Of a stretch of 64,000 nt of DNA, positions 63,967 through 64,000 are shown piece after piece (the stretch's first letter is position 1; every line of letters starts with the position of its first letter). The notes beneath the pieces were generated by a model that saw only the letters and a program-made list of their open reading frames with translations, ran no database searches and was not told where the DNA came from. The DNA lies in NCBI GenBank assembly GCA_026014805.1, contig JAOZHR010000016.1:27283-91282 (forward strand), written 5' to 3'. The translations under genes and the position numbers were made by a program. Origin of the DNA: Candidatus Bathyarchaeota archaeon. GTDB taxonomy: Archaea > Thermoproteota > Bathyarchaeia > Bathyarchaeales > SOJC01.

Positions 63967-64000
63967 GCACTGCACCCTCCCTTTCACAAGGTATTCCTCT

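Noticed and set aside
1-64000. CRISPR arrays, rRNA genes, transposases, integrases or IS inverted repeats flanking the AT-rich cassettes
   Set aside because: I saw no regularly spaced direct repeats and no ORF with DDE, tyrosine-recombinase or serine-recombinase motifs. The only clear repeat is the diverged GT4 duplication at 16.2 and 17.6 kb.
1-64000. Recurrent CGCGCG(T) / ACGCGCGT-like palindromes (for example near 815, 1570, 11115, 11384, 19644, 33548 and 59997)
   Set aside because: I saw about 6-10 occurrences. That is roughly what chance predicts for a 7-mer on both strands of 64 kb, so there is no evidence of a functional motif.

Overview
Archaeal chromosomal window. Markers are ribosomal proteins L44e, S27e and L10e, aIF2-alpha, Nop10, an LSm protein, a PAC2-type proteasome chaperone and AglB/STT3. 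Most of the window encodes cell-envelope glycosylation. Layout: (1) 1-857, decayed SDR epimerase fragments and a C10 tract. (2) 858 to about 16.8 kb, a visibly AT-richer, tightly packed minus-strand cassette. It holds a pseudaminic-acid-type module (NeuB/PseI-like synthase, a PseF-PseG fusion, an FkbM methyltransferase), a 1624-aa polytopic giant protein, GT4/GT2 transferases and a CE4 deacetylase. (3) 16.8-28.3 kb, a second glycan block: WbuB-like GT4, N-acetyl-sugar amidotransferase, SDRs, WecB, a Dol-P-type GT2 next to a GT-C-like membrane protein, and a processive QxxRW GT2 synthase. (4) 28.5-31.3 kb, small regulators (AbrB-like, PadR) with three paralogous 2-TM proteins. (5) 31.5-41.9 kb, housekeeping genes: bacterial-type PfkA and class II FBA, OsmC, GNAT, tRNA-Leu(CAG), IMPase, Hsp20, SWIM, LSm, UppP, GcvT. 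(6) 42.0-53.3 kb, a plus-strand aglB-aglH-led run of 11 genes that includes a clear LpxD homologue. (7) 54.2-57.7 kb, rfbB/C/A/D. (8) 57.8-64.0 kb, PAC2, Nop10, aIF2-alpha, S27e, L44e, then the divergent dcd, L10e and ppsA. I recognised no rRNA, CRISPR array, transposase or integrase. Every family assignment comes from reading motifs in the supplied translations or from my own hand translation. No database search was run. Start codons are often uncertain because the ORF track uses ATG, GTG and TTG.
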